Source: Octopus vulgaris (taxonomy: Eukaryota). From it: 64,000 nt of DNA. The position numbers and the translations under genes are program-made. Positions 25,805 through 40,288 of the stretch are shown here, piece by piece (position 1 is the first letter of the stretch; each line of letters begins with the position of its first letter). The notes beneath the pieces were generated by a model that saw only the letters and a program-made list of their open reading frames with translations, made no database searches and had not been told where the DNA came from. Location: the NCBI GenBank assembly GCA_951406725.2, contig OX597825.1, forward strand, positions 19,778,001 to 19,842,000. Direction: 5' to 3'.

Positions 25805-26359
25805 CACGTATGTACATGAGAATTAAACAAAGATTACATACGTGTTTTCTCGACAGACTCTGGCGTAAAAAAGGACTTCCCATTGATTCAAATATTGATA
25901 GGACATGGTATTTTTTCTTACTTGTATCTTAGAAATTGCATCCAGCTACTCAAAAATTAATCGTTTGCATTCGAAATCTAATACAGCTCACCATTCTGGC
26001 CACTCACTGCATAATGCAATGCTGGCCTAGCATAAAATTTAGACCTGACATTCAGGTAAGTTATATTGAATTAACTCGCACTCACATTAACCAATAAAGG
26101 TTGATATGTATAATAAAATAAGCTCTCGTAAATATGCCAGCCTTAGTCTCTAATTCATAAACTATTACATCTTGCAGTAACCTTAGTCTGTAACCTTGAG
26201 AAATATCCATTGTAATTAAAGACATCCCAGTGGATGTTGAGTAATTACTTGTGTGTGTATGTGTGTGCGTGTGCGTGTGTGTGTGCGTGTGCGTGTGTGT
26301 GTGCATGGGTATATGGATGTGCGCATATCACCTCTTTCTGACCACCGCCATCTCATTCT

Positions 26360-26527
26360 CCGCTAGCTACTAAAGCTTTCATTTTTATTTTCTCGTGTTC
26401 CTTTCACTTGAAGAGCGTAGGCTCGAAACATAAAAGACTTTCTCGCCTTCCCAAGCGTTAATATATCACACCTGTTTGTTGTTTACACACCTGCCATCGT
26501 CTTTTGTTTTTTGTAAATTCCAACTAT
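26360..26527 (+). mobile_element. Same short repeat, copy 2
   Basis: cgctagctact...ttgaagagcgtaggctcgaaacataaaagac...cacctgccatcgtcttttgttttttgtaaatt. Confidence 0.75.
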
Positions 26528-26550
26528 ATATATATATATATATATATATA

Positions 26551-27003
<453 letters not shown>

Positions 27004-27784
27004 AACAAAAGAAAATAATAATAATAATTCCAAACAAAAGAATGAGATCTCGATATTAGATAAATATAGGATTATTTATATGTTTTATACTTTGGATCAA
27101 ACAGTAAGTTGTCATTATAGTACTCGGAGTGAACAACTATGATGCATTTTCCTCGGCTATTAATGGCAATAGACGCTATGAAAAACCGTTGGATAAAAAG
27201 GAAGTTACTTTAATAGGTAGAAAAAAGGAAAAACGAATAACGATAAAAAATACACGCAACCATATTGTCGCAATATATAGACATAAACCTCCTGCGTTCA
27301 TAACGTCTACATACGTACGCACTCACACAAACATGTATACTTACATGCACATACTCAAATAGAAACATGTATGTACATGTACGTACTCATGCAAACACAC
27401 ACAAAACTACACACCCCCACACACACATGCATATACATGTACACACACAAACATATATATATATATATATATATATAGACATATATATATATGCATATGT
27501 GTACTGAACTTCATCCTCATATACACAGGTCTTTGCATGCATACACGCAATATGGTACATATATATTTAGGCATTTATACATATAAATATACGTATATAT
27601 ACAGGCATACATTCACACTCCTGCATATTCTCGTTTGTGATATTTTCAGATATTCTGATTTTCAAAGTTATCTCTGGCTCATCTTTGAGAAGACGCTGGT
27701 GTTGCCTTCGCATATGTTTGCTCCCTCTGAATGCTCCTGTTTATATATGGAATCTAGATATTTCAGTGGGAATTTGGCATCAGA

Positions 27785-28261
27785 AAGTTCTTGACCGCTT
27801 CTAATGCTTTTGTGATGTCACCATAGATAGAAAATGTGGATGTCTGTGTAACTATTGGTATGTCTGAAAGAGTCACTATGAACAGTAGGGGCCCCAGTAC
27901 AGTTTCCCAAGGCAATCCACTTTTTATTACTGCCTCCTTGGAGACGGCTCCATTGGCTGCCACAGTCCGGCTTCTGTCTTTTAAGAAGCTATGTAAGCAC
28001 TCCCTCAGTTTTCCAACTATGCCGAGTCTCCGTAGCTTGTGACATATCATTCCATGATCAATCTTATCAAAGGCCTTTGCAAAATGGAGATATAACACAT
28101 CAACCTTTGAGCGATTCATTAGTTCTTTTAACATACAGTCATAATACTTCGAAAGGTGTTTAATGCAGCTTCTTCTTGAACGGAAGCCATGCTGAGTATC
28201 AAGGAGCAAGTCACTATCTTCGATGAACGTAATCAGTTTCCCCCTGACAATGCGTTCCTTG

Positions 28262-28262
<1 letters not shown>
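27785..28262 (-). pseudogene. Reverse transcriptase fragment of a CR1/L2-group LINE
   Basis: QHGFRSRRSC, DVLYLHFAKAFDKIDH, SFLKDR, SGLPWETVLGPLLF (GVPQGSVLGPLLF) and IYGDIT (decayed YADD). Confidence 0.9.
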
Positions 28263-28291
<29 letters not shown>

Positions 28292-28296
<5 letters not shown>

Positions 28297-28460
28297 CCAA
28301 TTTACAGAAAACAAAAGACGAAAACTGGTGTAGGAAAAAGAAGCAGGTGCATTAGTTTAACTCTCGTGAAGAATGGAAAACTCTCTTACGTTTCAAGCCT
28401 ACGCTTTTCGACAGAAAGGATTAAGAGGAAATAAACCGAGAGAGAAGGTAAAAAAGAAAC
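28292..28460 (-). mobile_element. Same short hammerhead-like repeat, copy 3
   Basis: cctttctgtcgaaaagcgtaggcttgaaacgtaagag...cgtcttttgttttctgtaaattggaacta. Confidence 0.75.
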
Positions 28461-28655
28461 AAAGAGAGAGAAAATGTGCAGAGTTCAAGGGTCCAACATT
28501 ACGAGATGACCGGAAAACGATGCTGAATGAAAGGGAGATAATAATACTAATAACACGCACACACACACATACACATATATATATACATATTCATATATAT
28601 ATATATATATATACATATTCATATATATATATATATATACATATTCATATATATG

Positions 28656-28727
<72 letters not shown>

Positions 28728-28736
28728 TACATATTC

Positions 28737-28792
<56 letters not shown>

Positions 28793-28836
28793 GGCCTGGA
28801 TCAATCATTGGTCGAAGCATATCTAAGTTTATCTAA

Positions 28837-28887
<51 letters not shown>

Positions 28888-28891
<4 letters not shown>

Positions 28892-28992
28892 GGAGCTGCA
28901 TTAGGGCCGCTGCTGTTTATGGTGGCTCTTTCAGGCATGCCAATAGTTACAAAGAACATCCACACTTTCTGTATATGCTGATATCACAAAAT
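28888..28992 (+). pseudogene. Second, oppositely oriented RT fragment of the same LINE group
   Basis: [21 protein letters not shown]...YADITK is homologous to 27805-27910 on the minus strand. Confidence 0.75.
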
Positions 28993-31307
28993 CCATGTTG
29001 CGTTATTTGAATATCCATCAACGATTAGAATTTTACAATCGCATAATAACTTTCAGTAAAGATCGGGAATTTATGTGTTTGGTGCGCTACACTTCCTTCT
29101 TAATAAACATTGCGATACTGGAGTTCTATATAAGTTAGGTAGGCCTTTGAGCTTACCAAATATCAGGTATACTTTACTTTGGGGTATGTCCTACGTATGT
29201 CCTACGAAAAGCCAAATTTCATTCATTAGCTTTATGATCGAAATCAAAATCACGTAGCAAAGAAAAGAGCTATTTTTTTATCCCTGATAAAAGCATATGT
29301 TCCCAATAGAACCAATAATGTTATTATTAATGTTTAAACATATTTCAGATATCAGGAAATAGAGATAACAACGAAAGCATGTAGAATGCTACAAACTATT
29401 GAGTACTCATGTTTTAGTTCCTATTTTTAATAATGATATTAAGAGAATTTCAAATTTTGATCATGTTCCTGATGTTTCAATATAATGTGGATAGGCTACT
29501 CGCTTTCTTCGTTTATCCACAGACACTATGACCCTCTTACTACACACAACACCACATATATCATACGCACATCACTCATAAGACGCAAACTAGAGCATCA
29601 CATTATAAATACGCCCACCTCTCATTGCATAGAACACCACCTCATGGCTTGTAAATACACACATCTCAAAAGGTATACAACTCACAAGACGCACGTTTGG
29701 ATCATTGTAAAGTGCCCCTTAACCTGCAACAGCAATAAGGTATAGTAGGCCTATCAGTTATGTATTATCATTTACTTATATTTTTCAACGAATGATTTAT
29801 GTATTTACTGTCATATTTTTGCGAATTGTTAAAATACCATCGCTCTAAATAATTGTTTACAATTCAACAAATATTTTTTACAGTCATATTCGTGTATATT
29901 GTTGGCATCACTGAAAAGGTCCATATTATTGGTGGTTGAAGTCTACCTTCTTGAATCATGTTTAAAAGGATGTGTATCTACCTCAAGACCAAAAATATTC
30001 AACCCAGTGGTCTAAAGGTGGTCACGAACATATATTTATCAGAGATCAGTATCCAGTATTGAAGAAAAATGACAGTTGCCCAAATCGTTTCTGGTGTAGA
30101 GAAGTATGTTTCACTGAGATAAATGAGAAAACAAGGAAACGTATTTGGTCTCAAAGTGGGTTTCCCTTCCGAGTGAAGCAAATTTATGTCTCTGCATTAA
30201 GAGTAAGTTGAGATAATTGTAAAATTTTTGCAACGTGTGAATTTGAGAGTGTGAATTCGGTTAATCTTGCCGAAGTTGACCAATGTATCGCAGATAATTG
30301 GAATCTTCCATTGAAATCCTAATCCGGAATCTGCCTGCACTTACAGTTCCGGAGTAGAAATTATGTAAATTTCGATCTCTTAGGTACATTCCGCCAGATT
30401 ATCCGCTTCAGGATAATTTCCTTCAATTCTCACAGAAGACTATGAAGTCTTGAATCAAGTATGGACTTCGCCCTCCCATCAGAAAATATTTGAACATCAT
30501 TATGTTTCTGTATATTTCTTCAGGGCTCTATGCAGAAATCTGTTGCAAACTACGATGGTAAATTTCTCCAACCCAAATAAAATATTCTCTTTTCGTACCT
30601 GACACGCTCATATGAATGTGTAGTAAAATATTCTGCAAACTTCATTTTATTCATGACAGCATTACTTTTCACTTTGTATAGCCAAACGACAGTTTCCATT
30701 TTCTCTATGCTTTCAACGGGAAGAGGCATCTTTTGAAAGGTGGCTGCCACAAGAACATTCATACATTCTAGTCACATCGATGTACAAAGCGCGTATTCAC
30801 GTAGCTGAGCACGTTCTAAGAAGTTCATAAATCAAAAGGTATTATCGGCACGTATTTCCTCTCTTGAAGATAACATCTCTACACGGGGAATCGACACGGG
30901 GAATCTAACATGTGGTAAATATCGCTAAGAATTTACTCTACAAAAAAATAATAAAAACTGAAGCGTTATATTATCTGATACCTGAATAACATTTTAAAAC
31001 TACAAACCACTATAGTAGCTTAGATTTAACGACAAATATGACTACAAAAATATCTGTTGAGCTGTAAACAAGGATTTTGAGGGATAATAGCAAGCTAACG
31101 AGATTCTGTATATTCAGCTGCCAGCAGGTGGCTTCATATATACCTATGTTATTTTCAAAATTTGTTTTCTGTCAATGAGTTTTGTCATTGCTTTCAAAAT
31201 ATGCGTAATTTTAGGAAAGAATAAAAAAAAGTGTTTATTTTTCCAGAAGATTTTTCATTTTGGAGTAAACATTCTAATGAACGAAGCAATAGACAATGTA
31301 AACATAT

Positions 31308-31430
31308 ATAATAATAATGATAATAATAATAATAATAATGATAATAATAATAATAATAACAACAATAATGATAATAATAATAATAATAATAATAACGCTA
31401 ATAATAATAATGATAATAATAATATAATTA
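31308..31430. repeat. (AAT)n microsatellite
   Basis: Direct inspection. Confidence 0.95.
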
Positions 31431-31544
31431 TACGCACATATATATATATATATATATCAATGTATACATGTATATATACTTATATATATGTTTGTATACG
31501 TAAATATAAATATATATATATATATATATGTTTGTATACGTAAA

Positions 31545-31579
<35 letters not shown>

Positions 31580-32508
31580 GTATATAAAGACATACATGCA
31601 TACATGCTCACATAAACCATAATCAAATACACACACACACATAAATATATATATATATTTATATCTATAATTTTATGTACGTTGACAGATATAACTTAAG
31701 AGCTAATTTCTTCATGGATACATGTGTGGGTGAGAGTCTATGTATGCGCTAATGTGTGTGTGTTTGCATGTATGTGTATGTTTCTGTGTGTGCGTGTGTG
31801 TGTGTGTGTGTGTGCGTGTGTGTGTTTCTCTGTGTCTGTGTGTGTGTGCGTGTGTGTTTTGCTTTTGAGTGTTCATGGATGCATATGCATGTAGGCAAAG
31901 ATCTTCCTCTAGCCATCTTCAGTCTTACCAAGTTTTCACCCTTACTTTCCCCCACCTCTCCTTTTCATTATTCTTATTATTTTTCTTAACAACATCGGAC
32001 ATATTCCCACTCCCATTCTTTATCTTTTTACGCCTATGCTTTTCTCTTTTGTTCTCTTACTCCTTGCTTTCCACTCATTTTCGATCAAATTTCCTGCGAG
32101 TCAACTTCGGATGCCTGGACAACAGTGTAATCTTCATTCAACTCAGGTAACTTCAGACTGATGAGTAGCTAGTGAAGGACACCTCACTGAATAATTAATA
32201 CTTCTGAGGTTCTGCTTGTTAGGAAACATATGTAGCCTGGCTTTTCCTGACTCCTTTCTATAAATTTGTTTCTTTATTCGCATGCATAGCTACCTTAGTT
32301 GCTAACCGTGAACTATAAAATAATTTCTTTCTGCTTATCGAACTTCCATATGGAAAATAAATTGCAACCCTCTACGTTAATTAACCCCTATTGTTCCTAG
32401 AAGTTGTTTTTTAAACCTTCTGCGGACTGCTCAAAGCTCACTCACTTACTGCACCTGGATCCATGGATCTTACTTTTACATATCATTATATACATACATA
32501 ATACATTT

Positions 32509-32556
<48 letters not shown>

Positions 32557-33449
32557 AGAAATACGTGTGTGCATGTGTAGCTATGTGTTTGCCTAAATAT
32601 ACTACTGGATAGATACAATTGAAGTTTAACAGAGGTTAGTTCTCTAATTGGTAGTTTTTGGAGTCGATTGCTTAAAGCAACCAGGGAAAATGTTGAAATA
32701 TAGTCGAAGCAGAATGGATGGCTATACCTTCCGTCAGTAAATGAACTGAGTGCAATATTTAATAGTGAGAAGACACATGCACATTTTTCAGTCAATATTT
32801 AGAGCATTTATATAAGCATTATATAAGCATATGGCGTAGTATAAGTGATCTGTTGCTCATTTAAAATAGTTATCTGTCGGGCATTAACTTAGAAAGTTTC
32901 ATGATTTGACTTGGAACTTTCGATTGCGCTAAGTCAGAATTAAGCTACCCTGTGGTGGAACATGATTAGACGAGCGATTTAAATATTAATTCAAACGAAG
33001 TTATATGAGAGCCAATGAGTCGTGTGCTAAATACAGGTAACGGAAAGAATATGAAGGTAGAAATTTGCGGAAGATATCTTTAAATAGTTGACCGTTTTTG
33101 TAGCTATATTCATTCTTAAATATAAAGATAGAGAGTAAAATTGTGAAAACTAGGAAAAAGTAATCGTTTTCTCATTGCAAGGATTGTGAACAGTGCACAG
33201 AGTGTTAGGAAAAGACACCATTTTTCGGTTATCAGAAAGTTCAAGAATATATTAATGCATTTCAAAAGAAATACATTGCAACACCAGCTGATAAGGCTGA
33301 AGGGGATTTTGTAATTATTTGTAAAGTGTACTATTTAATGGTGCTAGATGATGAAATAGTGTTGGAAGATGAGTTAGTACTTGATATTGTGAATGATTTA
33401 ATATGAAAAATATTCCCTGAGCTGTTAAAAGTTGAGTGGATTCAGCGGA

Positions 33450-33665
33450 GATATATAGATTTTCCTATTCCTTAAGGGATATATTTGGTAGGAAAGCGTC
33501 AGCCTGTCTAGCAAATTGAAAGAGATTTCTTCTGCAATTTCTATATCCTTGTGGACTTTTCAATCATATTTCCCTTTCAGTGGGATGTGTTTTAGAGTAT
33601 CAGAGTCTTCTCATTTTAAACGTAGATTTTAGTGCTTCTTATACGTTTCATTTTGACAAATCTGT
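33450..33665 (+). repeat. 216-bp direct repeat, copy 1 (copy 2 at 35222-35437)
   Basis: 4 mismatches by manual comparison. Confidence 0.95.
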
Positions 33666-34243
33666 GAAGTATTTTTGGATGGCAAATTTGAATAATTTTT
33701 CCTATAACATACGAATAGATTTATTTCGAGCGCCAAAAAGTGACCCAATAAATGTCTATATTATTTGGTGAGTCATTAAATTTTCTCAGGTCATCTTTTT
33801 TGCGATTTTACAAATGTTTTTTTTCTCAACAAGAGTATTAATTTATTATGGACTATTAGGTCTAGTAAGAGGCAAAACATTAATTAGCTTGTACCATGAA
33901 GTGTATGCTAATCGTTCACACTAAACTAATCTTTTATTTTGCATTTAACAGTTATGTCTCTACATTAATTTATTCCCAAATGATAGGCAATTCATGCCTC
34001 ATAGTTAAAAGGATCTGTAATTTCATTAGTTTATATTTATTTCGTTTTGCTTTGCTATTTTAAATATGTTTGTGAGTACTTTCGTTTCCATGTGTTTGTT
34101 TTAGTCAACTTATATGTATTTTTCAGGGAAAAATTCGTTTAAATATATTTTCTCCAATTAATGTTTATATTTGATAGCTATTAGTCTACATTGGTTAAAA
34201 CTATGTCATGTTATTTTAATGTTTTCGTGTTTTAAATATCTGT

Positions 34244-34274
<31 letters not shown>

Positions 34275-34279
34275 TTATT

Positions 34280-34351
<72 letters not shown>

Positions 34352-34744
34352 AGCGGGTATATGTATATTGTTTATGAATTGAGTGTTGTATGTGTGTGTG
34401 AGGAAGTATGAATAAGTAATGTGTTGAGTGTATGAGCATGTATGTGTATATATAGTTTATTTTTTGTTTTTTGTTTTTTGTTTTTAGGTTTTGGTTTTTG
34501 TTTTTTGCTTGTTGTTTTTTGGTTTTTGTACATTTTTAAATATGAGAAATTATATAATAGGTTTTATATTCAATTGTTTATAGGGTTTATTTTAGATTAT
34601 GTTAGATTATATATTGATTATATATAGATTATATATAGATTATATTTTATTTTTTTACATTCTTTCATTGATAATTTTATTGTTTTATTATTTTAAATTA
34701 TTTAAAATTATATTTTAAAATATTGCTATTCTTAGATCGAAAAT

Positions 34745-34787
34745 CCACCTGAAGATTGTCGGAGCAGACATGAAACATTTGTAGTGG
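34745..34787 (+). ncRNA. Minimal type I hammerhead ribozyme (Penelope type)
   Basis: ccac CUGAAGA u uguc-ggagca-gaca u GAA Ac-auuu-GU A gugg: stem I ccac/gugg, stem II uguc/gaca, very short stem III, GUA triplet. Confidence 0.75.
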
Positions 34788-34871
34788 CGGTTTATTTAAT
34801 TTATATTAAAATTTTATGTATTGATTAAGTCTTTCCTTGTTTGGTTTTAAAATAGTGGTTTTGTCTTGAAT

Positions 34872-34940
<69 letters not shown>

Positions 34941-35221
34941 CATATAAATTTGGATAGCAACGGCTATTAGTATATGTTCTATAATTAAAACATATGCTTA
35001 CGGATCTACTTTATTTTTTAGGTTACTAATATTTTGTTTTATGAGGTGGTAACGTGTATTTTGACTATTTTCAATAAGTTTTGTTCGATATGTTCTGTTA
35101 GCTAATTCGTTTTAAGTTTTTGGTTCTAATTTGTATACTTCTTTGGGTGGTAATACCTATTTTCAGTGAGGGTGTATGTTGTATTATTTACCCCTGTCCT
35201 TTGTGGTTTTAGATATATAAT

Positions 35222-35437
35222 GATATATAGATTTTCCTATTCCTTAAGGGATATATTTGGTAGGAAAGCGTCAGCATGTCTAGCAAATTGAAAGAGATTT
35301 CTTCTGCAATTTCTATATCCTTGTGGACTTTTCGATCCTATTTCCCTTTCAGTGGGATGTGTTCTAGAGTATCAGAGTCTTCTCATTTTAAACGTAGATT
35401 TTAGTGCTTCTTATACGTTTCATTTTGACAAATCTGT
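35222..35437 (+). repeat. 216-bp direct repeat, copy 2
   Basis: Matches 33450-33665. Confidence 0.95.
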
Positions 35438-37434
35438 AAATTGACCAACAGATATAGCTAGCTAACCGGTGGATATGTTTTATCTTCGTTAGCATTGAAC
35501 AGTCGGAAATCACTTAATGGATAGTTTCATTACGTTGACTATGTAGTTGCTGGTGCCATTAATATTGTGTAATTAAATTATTTCAATGGATCTTCTTGAC
35601 TAAGCATTGATCTGTAATTTGTATAGAGCTTTTGCTTCAGTCAATTCAATTAACACTTCCCTCGATCCAGAATGAACGAGGAAATGTCAATGCAAAATAG
35701 TATTACTATTGGTATTGCAATTTCTCTTAAATTCTTTTTCACCAAAATCGAGACGTAGAAACACTAGACTGTCCATGAAAATTATCAGATTTTTAAATAA
35801 TAGTTATAGCAAATATTAGTAAATTATATACCTTTAATTTCATTTCATTCATAGTGAAAGTCCTTTATCACCCCACATTAACTCTATTGTGGATAACTGA
35901 GTTGAGATATTTGATAAAATTCAGTTTCATTTCACTGATTCATTGTTTCTTGTCAAATCTTTTCTTTCATTATTCTACCTAATATAAATCTTCATACGGA
36001 ATTCCAGCTTCAGTTAGATTAATTACTGGTGATGTTAATGTACTAACAAATGTAAATAAAAAAATATATTTCTTGTATAGCCCACTATTAAATGATACTA
36101 ACCAGCATGCTTGACATTTGAATAGAGCTCCGGCTTAGTTTGATTTGTAAAAGTAAAGTTCAGCTTCTGGGCCCCAAAAGCAAGAACCAAATGCACTCGA
36201 CCATATTAAAACTTTGCTTAATTTTTCTGCTGTGGTTTACTCAGTACAATCGTAACCAATATTTCTCTTGCATGTTTTAACAAATATTTGAAGGTTGCTT
36301 CTTAGGGTATATAAATCGAAGCCGATAATTCAGTTTGGCGTTCCTGCCGCAGTCAGAAGTAATACACTGCTGGCAGCTTCAGCCATTCAAGTTTGAGAGT
36401 TTCTACATATCAGGTTTATACATATGTAAAACTATTTAAAATATATGTGAAGTAGCACAATTCTGCCCAAAATCTATGAAATGCATTTGTTACTGTATGG
36501 GATATCCATATAAAACGAACTTTCCACATTTGGTTCTTCATCTCCTTCAATTCTTCAATTATCAATATATATTGTTGCTGTGACATATTGACGTATTTTC
36601 GCTCGAAAGACGATATTCAATTCAATAATAGTTTTGATGTACATGTTCACTCCTCGTGTATGAATATAAATCATTTTATAACTCATTTCCATTATCAACA
36701 TTATAGAGGGTTGGTATTGCAGGTATTACATTATATTATGCAGAGAATTGCTCACTGATTTACGTAAAATAACAATTATACTTGTGTACTGTCTCCAGGC
36801 TCAGAATATCTCTTATATGCCATTTTAGTGAGTGTTTTTTTTCTTCCTTTTCTCTTTTTGTTCCATTGAAAACTAACGAGGTTACATTTCATAAGTATAT
36901 TCTGTTGTAGTTCACCACATCTGTTAAGATGTTAATGTTTCTTTTGTCACATTCCAAAACTCTCTTTCATCATGCTCTTCACTTCCACCTATTTTACATC
37001 AATACTTTTTTTTTTCCTGCTGAGCAAGATACTTTACCTATCAGTTGTCAAGTGACCGAATTGTTGATTATTGGGAAGTGGTTTTCTATCTTTCTCGCCT
37101 CCAGATTTTCATCTTTAATTTATTTTTATCTCTATTGCTCTGTCCGAAGTCGACATTTGTTAAATGTTCTGTAATTCTCCATATTAGTTCTACCGTTACT
37201 ACTATCACGGCGTTACCGTATCAATGTAGTTACTATTGACAATATCTACAGATCGATCAGAAAACGTTGATGACTGACTGGTATTATCAATATTTAGAAA
37301 TTGGCTCGTGTAGAAGAATTTTTGTTGTTCAAAGACATTTGAGGAAAACTCACTTCGTCTTTATTTTTTTCATATCTGAAGTATATTTTCCATCATTATA
37401 TTGGACAATATACTTCAGAGAATATTCTCTTTTA

Positions 37435-37825
37435 AGACGGCAAGCTGTCAGAATCGTCAGCAGGCCGCGGAAAATACTTCGTAACATTCCGTCAGTCGTT
37501 ACCAATTACGCACTGGGGTAGATGTAATCGACTAGCCCGCCCACTAACCAATTTCAGGCCTTGTTCCTACAGTAGAAAGGAATATGATTTAAACTATTAT
37601 AGTGTGACAGAAATAACGGGTTCAAATTTTGACATCAGGCTAGCAAAATTTAGACGAGAACTACAGCAGATTACTCCTGTACCTGGGTAGTAGATATTTT
37701 ATCGACGTTGAAAGAATGAAATGCAAAGTTGTGCTCAGCAGCAGCTGTACTCGAAACGGATAGAGCCGGAAAAAATACCGCTGGTCATTTTGTCCGATGC
37801 GTGAATAAGCCTGCCATTTCGCCAA
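37435..37825. mobile_element. Two diverged family A SINEs, tail to tail (plus 37435-37585, minus 37615-37825)
   Basis: accaattacgcactggggtagatgtaatcgact and ttatcgacgttgaaagaatgaaatgcaaagt. Confidence 0.65.
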
Positions 37826-39589
37826 TTTTGTGTATGAATGAAATAGTGAAATCGCATAATACTACGCTTAATACGGTTATGATCGCCACAACTTCACTAC
37901 TCAGATAGGAATCTACGAGTACGTTCTACTACTATCATTAAAGACACTGTTTTACATTGTCCCCTGTTGTTTGCTTAAGTTATACTTTTCCGATAAATTA
38001 AGGTAGGGGTTTTGATGAATTTAAGAATAAAGATAAAACTAAATCATTCCCGACCATGTCTTCTCTGGAGGGGATTATACTTGCGTTTATACGTTTTTGA
38101 AATGTATCCTAACCACAATCACAACACGATACCCTCTTGATAAGGACGCTTCCACTCCCTCATCGCTTGTGATTTTATCTCAACCAACACCATCTTAAAT
38201 TACTTTTATAGGAATTGTGTTAGTACAAACTCAACATTGCATTGCCAGAAGTTTTACTCCTTATAGATTTATTATATTATATTGTTCAAGAGTTGCTTGA
38301 ATATTGATAACATTTGTATTTCCTAGTCGTGTTTGTGCAGATAGTATCAATACATTTTCACTGAGGCAATATACGTAGAATATAAAAATATGCAATTGTA
38401 TACACACTGTGTGTAAGTATTTTGTGAACATCGTATCTTAATCAAAATATGACCACAATACATAAAATATATTTCGTATTATATGCCTCTATTCTGTTAG
38501 TCGCAGATAAGCTCCATAGATTGTGTATGTGCATTTATATAATACTTATTGCTGAGAGTATGTTCTCTATGTCGACTTTCAAATAATTTGTTGACTGACA
38601 TTACTGTATATCGATATATATATTATTGGAAAGTTTATGTGAAATGCTACGATTACAATAATAATACTTACTTAGAAAATAAAAAAGAAAGCTTCGCTAT
38701 TTTACTGACAACCAAATTTACAATAACACTTTCTTTTCCTTATCTTTTCGAAGAAAAGCAAGAGTGTCAATTCTTCTACATCATTTTTCCCTATCTAAAC
38801 TAGCCCTAACTCTATAGCTGACGTAATCTTCGGTTATATACGTTAGGATATAATACGTATGGCATATTAGTAACACAAATGTGTCTATGGCCAGGCAAAA
38901 TCACAAACCAATCTCAGAGTTACGTCATACAGTGGATATTGAATCAAAGATTGACCATCAATAGTAGAACAGAAATGTAAAAACCATTTACTACAAAACT
39001 GATGTTATACTTTAAGTAAATTTAACCTACCAAAAAGTACCATATCACCGTGTTATGTTGCACGTTCGGATGCCTCCCACTCAACTCGAGTCTATTACTC
39101 TATTCTGTCTACGACTGCTAGACTTCTCCCTCTATATCTACGTATTGGGCTAGTCTACTTCATCTTCTTGGGGCGTCTAAACAACACACCGGATGTTTAG
39201 TTGCTTTTAAATTATACAGAGGAACAGGCAGACATGTGTTAATATCATAGGGATGGTTACACATTCAGGAGCACAAATAAGTAATCACACTGACCAATCG
39301 TTTTAAATTATCTTTGCGTTAATTCATCCAGCGTGTCGAAATCTGTACAAAACTTATTTATGAGTGTAGGAGAGCAACAGTTATAAAGACTTGTGGCTAT
39401 GTGCCTTTCGGCCTTAAAACAGGTACCAGTAATATAATGTGTTTAATACCGTAGAATGCTCATCTATGAAATAATCTCGAACTCACTGGAAATAATTCCA
39501 TAAATGTAGAACTGAAATGATTCGTAGAGTCATATATTATCCTGTTACAGAATAAAGAAATCATTATTAATTGGATGTATGGGTGTGTA

Positions 39590-39822
39590 GTAGTATGAAT
39601 GCGTGTGGGAATACATATGCATATAGCTATATATACATGTGTGTAAGTGTATAAGTGTATGCGTAAGTATGTGTGTGCGTTTGTGTTTGTATGTATGTAT
39701 ATATATATATATATATGTATATGTAAATAGACATATGTAGATATATATGTAAATATGTTTATATGTATATATATATATATGAATATGTAAATAGACATAT
39801 GTAGATATATATGTAAATATGT

Positions 39823-39873
<51 letters not shown>

Positions 39874-39909
39874 AATAGACATATGTAGATATATATGTAA
39901 GTATGTTAG

Positions 39910-39941
<32 letters not shown>

Positions 39942-40246
39942 AAAAGGGAGAAAGAGAGACATATATATAGAGAGTGTGAAATAGAGAGATAGATAGATAT
40001 AGATATATACATATATGTATATACACATATAGATTAATATTTTGTATATACATAAATATATGTGTTTATGTATATACTTTTATATTTGCATGTGTGTGTA
40101 TATACATTTATATATTTGCGTGTCTGTGTGTGCATACTTGTATCTATATATATATATGTATGCATATAAATATATGCATTATATACATATACATGCGTAT
40201 ATATGTGTGTGTGTATATATATATATGTATACGTATGTATTATGTA

Positions 40247-40288
<42 letters not shown>

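Larger units (their letters stand above)
33150..35437 (+). mobile_element. Highly decayed Penelope-like retroelement(s)
   Basis: QKKYIATPADKAEGDFVIICKVYYL (PLE PADKA..IICK.YY motif) at about 33263-33337. RYID/FRYI remnants at about 33449 and 35207. FDK..F..NL.NFS.NI at about 33650-33710. Hammerhead at 34745. Confidence 0.55.

Noticed and set aside
29980-30800. Non-microsatellite block with short minus-strand ORFs
   Set aside because: No recognisable motif or splice pattern; probably an old transposon but unsupported.
32155-32185. CTGATGAG hammerhead-like heptamer
   Set aside because: There is no GAAA after a stem II and no stem I or III pairing.
33450-35437. Direct repeats read as LTRs of an LTR retrotransposon or TRIM
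   Set aside because: There are no TG..CA ends, PBS, PPT or TSD, and the repeat content looks like decayed Penelope RT sequence.
38030-39200. Faint RTE C-terminal motifs (P.KTW near 38055, RPKK near 39170, minus strand)
   Set aside because: Only a few residues match, which is not distinguishable from chance by eye.
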